From Legionellales bacterium (GTDB lineage: Bacteria > Pseudomonadota > Gammaproteobacteria > Berkiellales > Berkiellaceae), in assembly GCA_947475765.1 (NCBI GenBank), contig CANJMM010000001.1, forward strand, positions 876-64,875: a DNA stretch of 64,000 nucleotides, in the 5' to 3' direction. Numbering within the stretch: position 1 is the first letter of the stretch; each line of letters opens with the position of its first letter. The notes under the pieces are model-generated. The model was not told the DNA's origin and searched no databases. It saw nothing but the letters and a program-made list of their open reading frames with translations. This document shows, piece by piece, positions 1 to 9,231 of this stretch. A program made the translations under genes and the position numbers.

Positions 1-7
1 TTTCCTG

Positions 8-442
8 CTAAATTAAAGATTTTACTACGGTTAATATATTCATATCATTTTCACGATGATAGATCATTTTATCAAAAATAGAAGATACAATATGCAGCCC
101 TAAGCCCCCTATTTGCCTCTGTTGCACAGGATTTCTGATATTAGGCTTAGTGGGGTTAGTGGGATCAAATTCAAAACCATCGTCTTTAATCGTGATACTG
201 ACCTCACGCTTAATCATATCTATTTGAGCAGAAATATTAATATCATGATCGGCTTTATCATTATGTCCATAAGAAATGACATTGGTCACCAATTCATCCA
301 TGCACATGACAATTTTATTCACCAATGCTGGATTTTTACAATGGCTCAATAAAAAACCATCGATTTCCGTCAACAGTTTTCTTAAGTCGTCTTTTTTATT
401 TAAGATCTTCATCTCAAATAAAGTGTTAATTTGATCAGTCAT
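8..442 (-). CDS. RsbW/SpoIIAB-type anti-sigma factor serine kinase (GHKL ATPase)
   Basis: 144 aa. N-box ELVTNVISYG, G1 DDGFEFDP and G2 GGLGLHIV. Lies directly downstream of a receiver-PP2C gene. Confidence 0.75.
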   Translation of the reverse strand: MTDQINTLFEMKILNKKDDLRKLLTEIDGFLLSHCKNPALVNKIVMCMDELVTNVISYGHNDKADHDINISAQIDMIKREVSITIKDDGFEFDPTNPTKPNIRNPVQQRQIGGLGLHIVSSIFDKMIYHRENDMNILTVVKSLI

Positions 443-468
443 ACCTATTTTTCTTCCCTGCCTTTAGT

Positions 469-1617
469 TTAGCCGCCAATGTAGCGAATCGCCAACATCG
501 TAATATCATCACTTTGCTCCGCGCTAAGTGTAAAACCTTTAAGTTCGGCCTCAACCTTTTCAATGGTGTTTTTAGCACTTAAGTCTACATTATTTTTCAA
601 TACAGCTTGCAAGGCAACTTCTCCAAAACATTTGTCTTCTAAATTCATGGCTTCCGTTACGCCATCTGTATATAAAAACAGCAAGTCATTTTTTTTCAAT
701 TCAATGGTATTCTCTTGAAATCTATCGAGTGGCAAAATACCTAAAGCCATATCTTTGGTTGTGGGCAACATGGATATCTGCCCACTAGAGACTAATATAG
801 GCGGATTATGCCCGCCATTTGAATAAATAAATCTTCCCGTTTTAACATTTAAAATACCATAAAAAGTGGTTACAAACATATTATTTGAATTCGACTGCTC
901 TAATAATACATTCACTTTTTCTAAACATTTTCCTGGCGAAGTTTCCTTTGTTGCATGAGAACGAATTAATGTTCTTGATACCGTCATAAATAAAGCTGCA
1001 GGCACGCCTTTTCCCGACACATCTGCAATAACCAGCCCTATTTCTTCTTTGTTTATCCAAAAAAAATCATAAAAATCGCCGCCTATTTCTTTGGCAGCCG
1101 TCATCTTAGCCTGTACTTGGATAGACTCATTACTGATAAATTCTTTTGGTAAAATAGATTGCTGAATATCTCTGGCAACATTTAATTCATACAACAAACC
1201 TTCTAGTTTGTTTTTGTTTTTTTCTGCTTTAAGTAACTGTTGAATATGCTCCAATGTTTTATTAATTGTCGTCGTTAAATCTTCAAAATTAATCGGCTTT
1301 GTTACAAAATCAAATGCCCCTCTATTCATTGCCGTTCGAATATTATTCATGTCCCCATAAGCCGAAACAATAATAGCCATTACCTCTGGGTATTCTTTTT
1401 GTATATTATCTAATAAAGTTAACCCATCCATTTCTGGCATGTTAATATCTGAAATCACCATTCTGATCCCCGAATCTTTACTTAATTTATCTAAAGCTTC
1501 GATTCCATTTTTAGCAAAAAACAAAATAAACTCATTTTCTTTGAGTTGACGACGAAACCGTTGCTTCATCAGCAACTCCACATCTGGTTCATCATCGACT
1601 ATTAATATCTTAATCAC
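469..1617 (-). CDS. Response-regulator receiver fused to PP2C/SpoIIE serine phosphatase (RsbU-like)
   Basis: Receiver strings ILIVDDEPD, ISDINMPEMDG and TKP. PP2C strings GGDFYDF, ADVSGKGVPAA, YTDGVTEA and DDITMLA. The ORF-track start at 1683 runs into the upstream kinase gene. GTG at 1617 preceded by AAGGAGA is the more likely start. Confidence 0.85.
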   Translation of the reverse strand: MIKILIVDDEPDVELLMKQRFRRQLKENEFILFFAKNGIEALDKLSKDSGIRMVISDINMPEMDGLTLLDNIQKEYPEVMAIIVSAYGDMNNIRTAMNRGAFDFVTKPINFEDLTTTINKTLEHIQQLLKAEKNKNKLEGLLYELNVARDIQQSILPKEFISNESIQVQAKMTAAKEIGGDFYDFFWINKEEIGLVIADVSGKGVPAALFMTVSRTLIRSHATKETSPGKCLEKVNVLLEQSNSNNMFVTTFYGILNVKTGRFIYSNGGHNPPILVSSGQISMLPTTKDMALGILPLDRFQENTIELKKNDLLFLYTDGVTEAMNLEDKCFGEVALQAVLKNNVDLSAKNTIEKVEAELKGFTLSAEQSDDITMLAIRYIGG

Positions 1618-1645
1618 ACGATCTCTCCTTATGAACAATAAATAC

Positions 1646-2551
1646 TTATATCGGCAATATAATCGTAAACTCAGTAAATTCACCTGGCTGAGAATTTACT
1701 GTAATGCTCCCATGGTGTTGATTTATAATAATATCATGGCTAATATACAACCCTAATCCGGTTCCAATGCCCAAAGGCTTTGTAGTATGGAACGGCTTAA
1801 ACAAATTTTGTTTAATTTCCTCAGACAAGCCATTGCCATTGTCTCGTATTTTAATCACCACTTGTTTTTTATCTGGATCATTTTTTGTTGTTAGTTCCAT
1901 GGTGGGTTGGTAGCCATTATTTTCTTTGTTTTTATTTTTTTTATCATGCAAAGCATAACAACCATTATTAATAATATTTAAAAATACTTGCCCAAGTGAC
2001 TGAGGCGACACCATGATTTTTCCCACGCTTGAGTCAAGATTTTTCTTAATAGAAAGATTAAAGCTCACATCTTGAGATCGGATGCCATGATAGGCCAAAT
2101 TCATATACTCTTCGAGTAATTGATTAATGTCTGTTGGTTCTTTGGCTACTTCTTGCTGCCTTGCTTGCATCAACATGGTTTTAACCGTGTTTTCAGCACG
2201 TTTACCATGCTCATGAATTTTAATGTTATTTTGCTCAATATCGTCTATTATTTCATTCCAATTAGCTATAGCTTCTTTATTTTCATCTTGAGGATATTTA
2301 TCTTGTATTTCTTTTTTCAAGTCTTCCAATAGCTGAACATTTATTTCAGAAAAATTATTAATAAAATTAAGTGGGTTTTTGATTTCATGGGCAATGCCCG
2401 CCAATAACAAGCCTAATGATGCAATTCTTTCTTGCTCCATTAATTTTTTTTTCAAGGTTTCTATTTCTTGAATTTCTTGAAGTTCTTGAATTGGCTGTGT
2501 CGGCTCAATCAAAGATTTTAGCCAGCGCTTAACAAACAAATACCCTTTCAC
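1646..2551 (-). CDS. Cytoplasmic sensor histidine kinase (HisKA + HATPase, no TM segment seen)
   Basis: H-box GIAHEIKNPLNFI, N-box NIINNGCYAL, G1 DNGNGL and G2 GTGLGLYIS. Only a short, probably coiled-coil N-terminus (QELQEIQEIETLKKKL). Confidence 0.85.
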   Translation of the reverse strand: MKGYLFVKRWLKSLIEPTQPIQELQEIQEIETLKKKLMEQERIASLGLLLAGIAHEIKNPLNFINNFSEINVQLLEDLKKEIQDKYPQDENKEAIANWNEIIDDIEQNNIKIHEHGKRAENTVKTMLMQARQQEVAKEPTDINQLLEEYMNLAYHGIRSQDVSFNLSIKKNLDSSVGKIMVSPQSLGQVFLNIINNGCYALHDKKNKNKENNGYQPTMELTTKNDPDKKQVVIKIRDNGNGLSEEIKQNLFKPFHTTKPLGIGTGLGLYISHDIIINQHHGSITVNSQPGEFTEFTIILPI

Positions 2552-2677
2552 CCTAACTCCTGGATAGCTAGATATATATTCAGCTATTTTAATTCAGTTT
2601 ATGCATACTTTTTACTTCTACTTCTGCTGATTCGGCTGACATATCACTTAACTTTATTTTTTTAATTTAAAGCTTGT

Positions 2678-4060
2678 TCATTCAGGAAATATTTTACCAG
2701 GGTTTAATATATTCAGTGGGTCGAATGCTGTTTTAATTTTCTTCATAAAATCGAGGGTAACCGTATCTAACTCTTTGTGAATATAGCCTTTTTTTTCTAT
2801 GCCGACTCCATGTTCCCCTGATAAAGTGCCCTTCAGTGATATCACTTTATCAAAAATCTGATCCAAGCAAGCTTTTGCTTTAAGCCCCTCAATGGGATGA
2901 TTTGGGTCAACCAATAAATTCACATGCAGATTCCCATTTCCAGCATGACCAAAACTCACAATAGGAAAATCAAAGGCTTTAGATTGCTCATCTAAAAAAT
3001 CGATTAAATTCGCCATTTCTGATACAGGCACAACAATATCTTCATTAATTTTATTAGGGGACAAGGTTCTTAGGCTTTGAGAAAGCGATTTTCTGGCCTG
3101 CCATAATAGCTCTTGATCTTGTTTATTTTTCGCCAATTGAAAATCAATTAACTCTGGCAGACTGGCTGCCTGTTTGATAGCCTCAATATTGCTATCAATT
3201 GCCGCAAGTGGGCCATCTACTTCTAACATTAACATGGCTTTAGTGGAATCAGGCAACCAACCAGGATTATTATTTTTAATGATATTCACACAATGATGAT
3301 CTGCAAATTCTAGTGCACAAGGGGTAACTGCTTGCCCCATAATCTTGGCAACGGCTTTCAGGGCACTTTGATTGCTGCTAAATAAGGCTCTCATCGTTGC
3401 TGTTTTTTCAGGAATGGGGCTTAATTTTAAAATTGCCTGAGTAATAACCCCCAAAGTCCCTTCTGAGCCTATCATTAACCGAACTAAGTCATAGCCCACG
3501 ACACCTTTTGTGGTATAAACACCTGCTTTTATTATTTGGCCTTCTGCTGTGACAAAAGTCAAACCTAAAACATTGTCTCGGGTTGTGCCATATTTAACCC
3601 CTCTTGGGCCTGCTGCATTACAGCCTAAATTTCCACCTATACAAGAATACGCGCTACTGGTGGGATCGGGTGCCCAAAATAAGCCGTGTTTTGCTGCGGC
3701 TATTTGCACCTCTGAGTTCAGCACACCAGGCTCAACGACCATATAGCGATTTTCTGGAGAAATTTCTGTAATTTGATTCATTCTTTCTAAAGATAAGATA
3801 ATACCGCCATATATAGGCAACGTAGCCCCAACAGAGTTAGTTCCCCTGCCACGAGTGATAAGTGGCAACTTAAATTCAGAACATAATTTAAGCAATTCAA
3901 CAATTTGAAGTAACGTGGTCGCAAATATCACCGCATCGGGCAAATATTGTTTACGGGAATTATCATAGCCATATGCCAGACAATCGGCAGGATCGGTGAG
4001 GACCATTCCCGCTGAAAAAAAAGGCATTAATTTTTTTTCAAATTCAGCGGGTAATGGCAT
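2678..4060 (-). CDS. FAD-linked oxidase, GlcD / D-lactate dehydrogenase family
   Basis: 460 aa. FAD-binding strings ITRGRGTNSVGATLP and C-terminal GTLSGEHGVGIEKK. Confidence 0.85.
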   Translation of the reverse strand: MPLPAEFEKKLMPFFSAGMVLTDPADCLAYGYDNSRKQYLPDAVIFATTLLQIVELLKLCSEFKLPLITRGRGTNSVGATLPIYGGIILSLERMNQITEISPENRYMVVEPGVLNSEVQIAAAKHGLFWAPDPTSSAYSCIGGNLGCNAAGPRGVKYGTTRDNVLGLTFVTAEGQIIKAGVYTTKGVVGYDLVRLMIGSEGTLGVITQAILKLSPIPEKTATMRALFSSNQSALKAVAKIMGQAVTPCALEFADHHCVNIIKNNNPGWLPDSTKAMLMLEVDGPLAAIDSNIEAIKQAASLPELIDFQLAKNKQDQELLWQARKSLSQSLRTLSPNKINEDIVVPVSEMANLIDFLDEQSKAFDFPIVSFGHAGNGNLHVNLLVDPNHPIEGLKAKACLDQIFDKVISLKGTLSGEHGVGIEKKGYIHKELDTVTLDFMKKIKTAFDPLNILNPGKIFPE

Positions 4061-4072
4061 AATATTAAGCCT

Positions 4073-4107
4073 ATTTATAATAATTTATAATAATTTATAA
4101 TAATTTA
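4073..4107. repeat. Intergenic tandem repeat, 10-mer atttataata x3.5
   Basis: Three perfect copies at 4073-4102 plus a 5-nt partial copy, read directly from the sequence. Confidence 0.9.
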
Positions 4108-4108
4108 A

Positions 4109-4690
4109 TTAGGTCGGCATATATTCAAATATTTTCACGACTTTTTTAACGCCTTTAACGTGTCTTGCAATATCCACTGCAATGCTTTCTTCCTCTTTAC
4201 TGATAATGCCCATTAAATACACCACTGAATTTTCTGTGATAACTTTGACCCGAGTCGCATTAATTTTATCCGCTTGCATCATCATTGCTGCTTTTACTTT
4301 AGTGGTTAAAACTGAATCAGTAGAACGCTCTAATAAGCTAATAACTGGCTCATAGGTTAATTCATTGATGATTTTATTCACTTTAGGGATTTGTTTTATT
4401 TCAGGGATAATTTTATGCACAAAAACATCATTAGGAACTTGCCCCAATAACAACACATTGCCATTATAACTCACAATATTAACATGCACTTTTTCACGCT
4501 GATGGCTTGGGGTTAAGGCATCTACAATATTTTTAGCTTTATATTCTATTGAGCTGTCTTCTACTACCGCGCCCGTTGTACGTCTATCGTGTGAGACGAT
4601 GGCACCTGTGGTTGCTGCTGTGCCTGCCACCACGGCAACACATCCTGATAAAGTCATGCAAATAGTTGCTAATACTAATACAGACCGCAT
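4109..4690 (-). CDS. dolP: BON-domain outer-membrane lipoprotein (DolP/YraP)
   Basis: Lipobox MTLSGC. Length fits two BON domains. Conserved yraN-diaA-dolP neighbourhood. Confidence 0.8.
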   Translation of the reverse strand: MRSVLVLATICMTLSGCVAVVAGTAATTGAIVSHDRRTTGAVVEDSSIEYKAKNIVDALTPSHQREKVHVNIVSYNGNVLLLGQVPNDVFVHKIIPEIKQIPKVNKIINELTYEPVISLLERSTDSVLTTKVKAAMMMQADKINATRVKVITENSVVYLMGIISKEEESIAVDIARHVKGVKKVVKIFEYMPT

Positions 4691-4709
4691 AAAAAACTCC
4701 TCTCTTGTA

Positions 4710-5342
<633 letters not shown>

Positions 5343-5353
5343 CTATATTTTAC

Positions 5354-5758
5354 TCAAAATGCATTTTTTATCCAGGTTATTTTCAGATCAGGGGCAAGGC
5401 CTTCTATAGTCACCACATCAAATCGAGAAAACAGATAGTTAGATAACCCGAACTTCTGAAGATGATAGCTCAAAAAAAACTCAGCTGTTCGGCTTAATTT
5501 TTGCTGTTTAAAAAAATGAATGGTTTCGGCTGCCGACATAAAACGGGTATTCTTTCGGTAGCGCACTTCAACAAAAACCAGTGTCTGACTATCTAGCATA
5601 ATCAGATCAATTTCACCCATTTTACAATTAAAATTTTGCGTAATCCGTTTTAAGCCTTTATGTATCAGATATGCTAGCGCCATTTCTTCATATTGTTGAC
5701 CCAGCGCTCTTTTAGGGCCAAGACTCAATTTTGTTTTAATTTGATTTAATATCACCAT
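5354..5758 (-). CDS. yraN: YraN family (UPF0102) endonuclease-like protein
   Basis: GEIDLIMLD...VFVEVRYRK...RFDVV core typical of YraN. Confidence 0.8.
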   Translation of the reverse strand: MVILNQIKTKLSLGPKRALGQQYEEMALAYLIHKGLKRITQNFNCKMGEIDLIMLDSQTLVFVEVRYRKNTRFMSAAETIHFFKQQKLSRTAEFFLSYHLQKFGLSNYLFSRFDVVTIEGLAPDLKITWIKNAF

Positions 5759-5887
5759 AATAGAGATATAACTATATTTTTAATCAGAAGCAATAAGTAG
5801 CTTGGCTAATTAGGATATTTTGACTAAATTAATAAATAATCAGCTTTAAAAAATATAATACCCTGATTAAGATAACAGGATAAAATT

Positions 5888-6340
5888 ATGCACAGTTCCA
5901 TAAATGCTTCTAGCCTATTTAATTTTGTTGTTTTATTCACTCTTTCGATGCTTATCTCAACGGTATGTCATGCTAAAAGTATTCAAGATATACTGAAACC
6001 GAGTCAAAATACTTTTGATTGGCTTGATAAATTAGAGGCACTCGACTCACTAGAAAGCGATGAGCCCATAAATCACGCAGATAAAAAAAGATTAAGGCAG
6101 CAAGATAGCCTTTCCTCTGAATCCCAAGAATGGATAAAAACACAAACAAAAGCACTTCGCTTATTCAGCACCATTCAGATAAGCGATCACTTTTCAATGA
6201 AACCAGGGAAAATTAAATCAAAGCCCTTAAAACTATCGGATATTTCCGCTTATTATGCTTTAGAAAGCATTGGGGAGCAAAATGAACCTTCTGGCTCAAA
6301 AAAAGCCTACGGTTTAAAATTTCATTACGATTTTAAATAA
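5888..6340 (+). CDS. Small hypothetical secreted protein
   Basis: AGGA 8 nt upstream of the ATG. N-terminal signal-like segment FVVLFTLSMLISTVCHA-KS. I recognise no family. Confidence 0.5.
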   Translation: MHSSINASSLFNFVVLFTLSMLISTVCHAKSIQDILKPSQNTFDWLDKLEALDSLESDEPINHADKKRLRQQDSLSSESQEWIKTQTKALRLFSTIQISDHFSMKPGKIKSKPLKLSDISAYYALESIGEQNEPSGSKKAYGLKFHYDFK

Positions 6341-6361
6341 TTTTAATTTTTAGTTTTCTTT

Positions 6362-7687
6362 TCAGCCAAACAATCGACGCAAGCAACCCCCATCACTTTT
6401 TCTTCTCTTAGGCGAGTTTTGTTCTGCTACTAATTCTGGTTCTGCTTCTGGCTCTGCTTTTTCAAGCGCCTTTCTTTTCGGCCTTTCCTCAAAAATCAGG
6501 GGGGCAGGCGGATTTTGTAATAGAATACATGCTTGTTCTGCCGTCAATCGTTCTTCCCTATTCACTTTTAATAATCCTTCTATCAAGACAGAAGGTAATT
6601 TCATGTTGTGATGCAACTGGTGTAATACTATGCCTATGGCCCACATATCATTGGATTTATGTGGATAAAGATACTCTGGCTTTGGATCAAGCAATTCTCC
6701 TAATTCTTTCCCATAACTTGGAAAAGCTTTATCATAATAATACTCATGCATAAAAGATTTGGGATCTTTTTTAATTGCGGCAATTTCAGGCGACTCATAC
6801 TGTCTGGTTGAAATGGCTTCATAATTATACGGCCTCTTTTCTGAATCCAAAAAAGTCATCCCGAAATCAGCCAATTCTAATCGATAGCCTCCCTCTACGG
6901 GATCAGAAAAAACCAAAATATTATCTGGTTTAATATCTTGATGAATGGCACCTGCATCATGCATGGCTTTTACCGCGGTTAATAATTGCATGGCCATCTT
7001 ATGTAATTGTTCAGGCCTTAACGTTTTTCCCTCTGCCGTTTTCAAGAAACTAGACAACATGCCTTTATCTGCCCAACGTGAGTAAAAAGAGCGCTTTTTA
7101 TCGTAAGGCGTTTGATTTGAAGGCCGAATTCCAGGCTTATCAATAACTTTCCCTAAACTAGTTAAAGTAAGGCAAGGGCTTTTTCCCATATATTGAATGG
7201 CTTTTTGGGGCACTTCGACCTCCCACTTTTCTTTAGAAAAATTATCTTTTTTCGTTGCATAAAAAACAGAATTGGCAAATTTTTCTGGGTTCACCTCGTC
7301 AATACGCCAAGCGACTTTTGTTGTTTTAAATGTCCCTGAGAAAACCTCGGGATTTAAGCGCTTAGACACATTAACTTGATCTTTACTTTTTGTTTCCAAT
7401 ATTAACATAATCTCATCTGAACGTGGGTCAAAAATAAGATTAAGCGTTCTATTTAAGTTGGTTTTTTCCTTACCTAAACGGCACGGTTGGCCTTTATTTA
7501 AATCTCGCTTTAAAACAGACTGATTGCTCAAAATATAGGCATAAATTTCTTGCAGACTTTCAACTGAAACCAAGCCTACCAAATCACCTGGCACGATATG
7601 GGATTCAGTCAAAAAGTGTAATCTTTGTGTCACCCTATCAAAAAAAGCATTCACCTTCTGATTATTATTTTTTTTTGCTCTTGGCAT
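6362..7687 (-). CDS. Eukaryotic-like (Hanks-type) Ser/Thr protein kinase, paralogue 1
   Basis: Catalytic loop IHQDIKPDNILV, LADFG, YESPE, NDMWAIGIVL and REERLTAEQA, plus a hinge-like string. Roughly 120 aa of unassigned N-terminal region. Confidence 0.85.
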   Translation of the reverse strand: MPRAKKNNNQKVNAFFDRVTQRLHFLTESHIVPGDLVGLVSVESLQEIYAYILSNQSVLKRDLNKGQPCRLGKEKTNLNRTLNLIFDPRSDEIMLILETKSKDQVNVSKRLNPEVFSGTFKTTKVAWRIDEVNPEKFANSVFYATKKDNFSKEKWEVEVPQKAIQYMGKSPCLTLTSLGKVIDKPGIRPSNQTPYDKKRSFYSRWADKGMLSSFLKTAEGKTLRPEQLHKMAMQLLTAVKAMHDAGAIHQDIKPDNILVFSDPVEGGYRLELADFGMTFLDSEKRPYNYEAISTRQYESPEIAAIKKDPKSFMHEYYYDKAFPSYGKELGELLDPKPEYLYPHKSNDMWAIGIVLHQLHHNMKLPSVLIEGLLKVNREERLTAEQACILLQNPPAPLIFEERPKRKALEKAEPEAEPELVAEQNSPKRRKSDGGCLRRLFG

Positions 7688-7689
7688 GA

Positions 7690-9069
7690 CTAACTCCTCA
7701 TTCTTTTTATAACGCGGTTAAAGCAACCATCAGTAGGCAAAACTTTTCGTTTTTTAGACTGAACTTCAGGCTCTTCAGGCTCTTCAGGCTCTTTCTCATC
7801 AGAAATTGATTTTAATGCTTGATCTGCTGTCCATCTGTCTTCTCTCTTAATGCTTAATAAGCCTGATAAAACCCAATCGGGTTCAATAACTTTTTTAGCA
7901 TCAGGGAATTTCCCCTGATGATACAACTGATATAAAACAATCCCTAATGCAAACATATCATTGGCTGGATGTGGCACACGATATTCTGGCTTTGTAGCAA
8001 ACTGGGGGCTTGCTAAATCTCTGCCATAACTTGGCACTCCTTTTTTATAAAAATAATCATGGCAAACGGAATAAGGATTTTGGTAGCATAAAGCTATTTC
8101 TGGAGACTCATATTGTAAAGTTGCCAATGCTCCTAATTGATGGTTAAAATTAACAACACTTTTTTTAAGGCTAAAACCAAAATCGGCTAACTCCACACGA
8201 TAATCTAAACCATCTGAAAAGACTAAAATGTTTTTTAACTTAATATCTTGATGAATGGCATGAGCATCATGCATGATTTTGACTGCTTGCAATAATTGTA
8301 TTGCTATTTTGTCTCGTTGTTCACGCGTGAGCATTTTTCCCTTAGGGCTTTTTAAAAAATCTTCTAAATCTCCCCCATCAGCCCATTTAGAATAAAAAGA
8401 TATTTTTCTAGCATAAAGTACTTTTTTCTGATTATTTACACGCAATCCAGATTTAGGAATAACGGCCCCTAAACTCGGGCAATTGAGCACTGGGGGCTTT
8501 TGTTTTTCTTGAACAAAACTTTGTGCAAACCTTGCTTCTACAAGAGCCCTTGTAAGCAAGGCTTGTTCTGATGCTGGATTTGATTTCGATACATAAAAAA
8601 CCGCATTCGCCCATTTTTCTGGTGATTCACCATCAATACGCCAAGCTGGCTTTGTGGTTTTAGACGCACCTGAGAAGGTTTTCATGCTAAGCTCTTTGAC
8701 TACCTGGCCGTTCAACTCTTCTTTTTTTCTTTTTGTTTCCAATATCAAATAAAAATCGCTTTTTTCTATATCAAAAATGATATTTAAAGTCCGAGGCAAT
8801 TGCGTGTGTTTTTTATCCAAACGATAAGACTGTGCGTCTTCTAAAACGGCATCATTAAAATGCTCTGTTAAAAGTGGACGCCTACCAATCACAAATTGAT
8901 AACAACGCTTAAGATCTTCAACTGAAATCAAGCCTATTAATGCTTTTGGCAAGCATCCCGTTTTATCGATTTCAGCCTTGTTTTTCTCTAATCGTTCAAA
9001 AAATAAGCTTATCATCTTCGATTTTTTTGAAGCTTTTTGAAAATTAAAATTAAACAGAATACTTGGCAT
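7690..9069 (-). CDS. Eukaryotic-like Ser/Thr protein kinase, paralogue 2
   Basis: IHQDIKLKNILV, LADFG, YESPE, NDMFALGIVL and WADGGDLEDFL. About three quarters identical to paralogue 3 by eye. Confidence 0.85.
   Translation of the reverse strand: MPSILFNFNFQKASKKSKMISLFFERLEKNKAEIDKTGCLPKALIGLISVEDLKRCYQFVIGRRPLLTEHFNDAVLEDAQSYRLDKKHTQLPRTLNIIFDIEKSDFYLILETKRKKEELNGQVVKELSMKTFSGASKTTKPAWRIDGESPEKWANAVFYVSKSNPASEQALLTRALVEARFAQSFVQEKQKPPVLNCPSLGAVIPKSGLRVNNQKKVLYARKISFYSKWADGGDLEDFLKSPKGKMLTREQRDKIAIQLLQAVKIMHDAHAIHQDIKLKNILVFSDGLDYRVELADFGFSLKKSVVNFNHQLGALATLQYESPEIALCYQNPYSVCHDYFYKKGVPSYGRDLASPQFATKPEYRVPHPANDMFALGIVLYQLYHQGKFPDAKKVIEPDWVLSGLLSIKREDRWTADQALKSISDEKEPEEPEEPEVQSKKRKVLPTDGCFNRVIKRMRS
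7764..7790 (-). repeat. In-frame 9-mer cttcaggct x3 (encodes EPEEPEEPE) in kinase 2
   Basis: Three perfect copies read directly. Absent from the paralogous position in kinase 3. Confidence 0.9.
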
Positions 9070-9186
9070 AAAAACCCCTACTGACTACTTATAACATAAA
9101 ATTTTATCTTTTGACTAACTTAAAATACTATAAGCCAATAAACTTAAATTTAATATAGCCTAGGGGTGACTATCCGATGAACGGTA

Positions 9187-9216
9187 TTAAAGCGCCGATA
9201 AGTGGTATGTAGATGC
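9187..9216 (-). pseudogene. Orphan copy of the last 9 codons plus stop of galU
   Basis: The reverse complement reads ASTYHLSAL-stop, versus ASPYHLSAL-stop at the true galU end (10685-10714). It sits in the kinase 2 / kinase 3 spacer. Confidence 0.7.
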
Positions 9217-9231
9217 ATGGTTTTGACATGG

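Noticed and set aside
4073-4107. Whether the short intergenic tandem repeats (here and at 24194, 24987, 41132, 52181, 56746 and 63912) could be CRISPR arrays.
   Set aside because: The units are 8-15 nt, directly abutting with no spacers, and there are only 2-4 copies. No cas genes are present. These are microsatellite-type repeats.
6365-6415. The conserved Cys near the kinase C-termini (DGGCLRRLFG, DGCFNRVIKRMRS) as a CaaX prenylation box.
   Set aside because: The cysteine is 8-13 residues from the end rather than at position -4, so it cannot be a canonical CaaX box. It is kept only as a conserved motif of unknown role.
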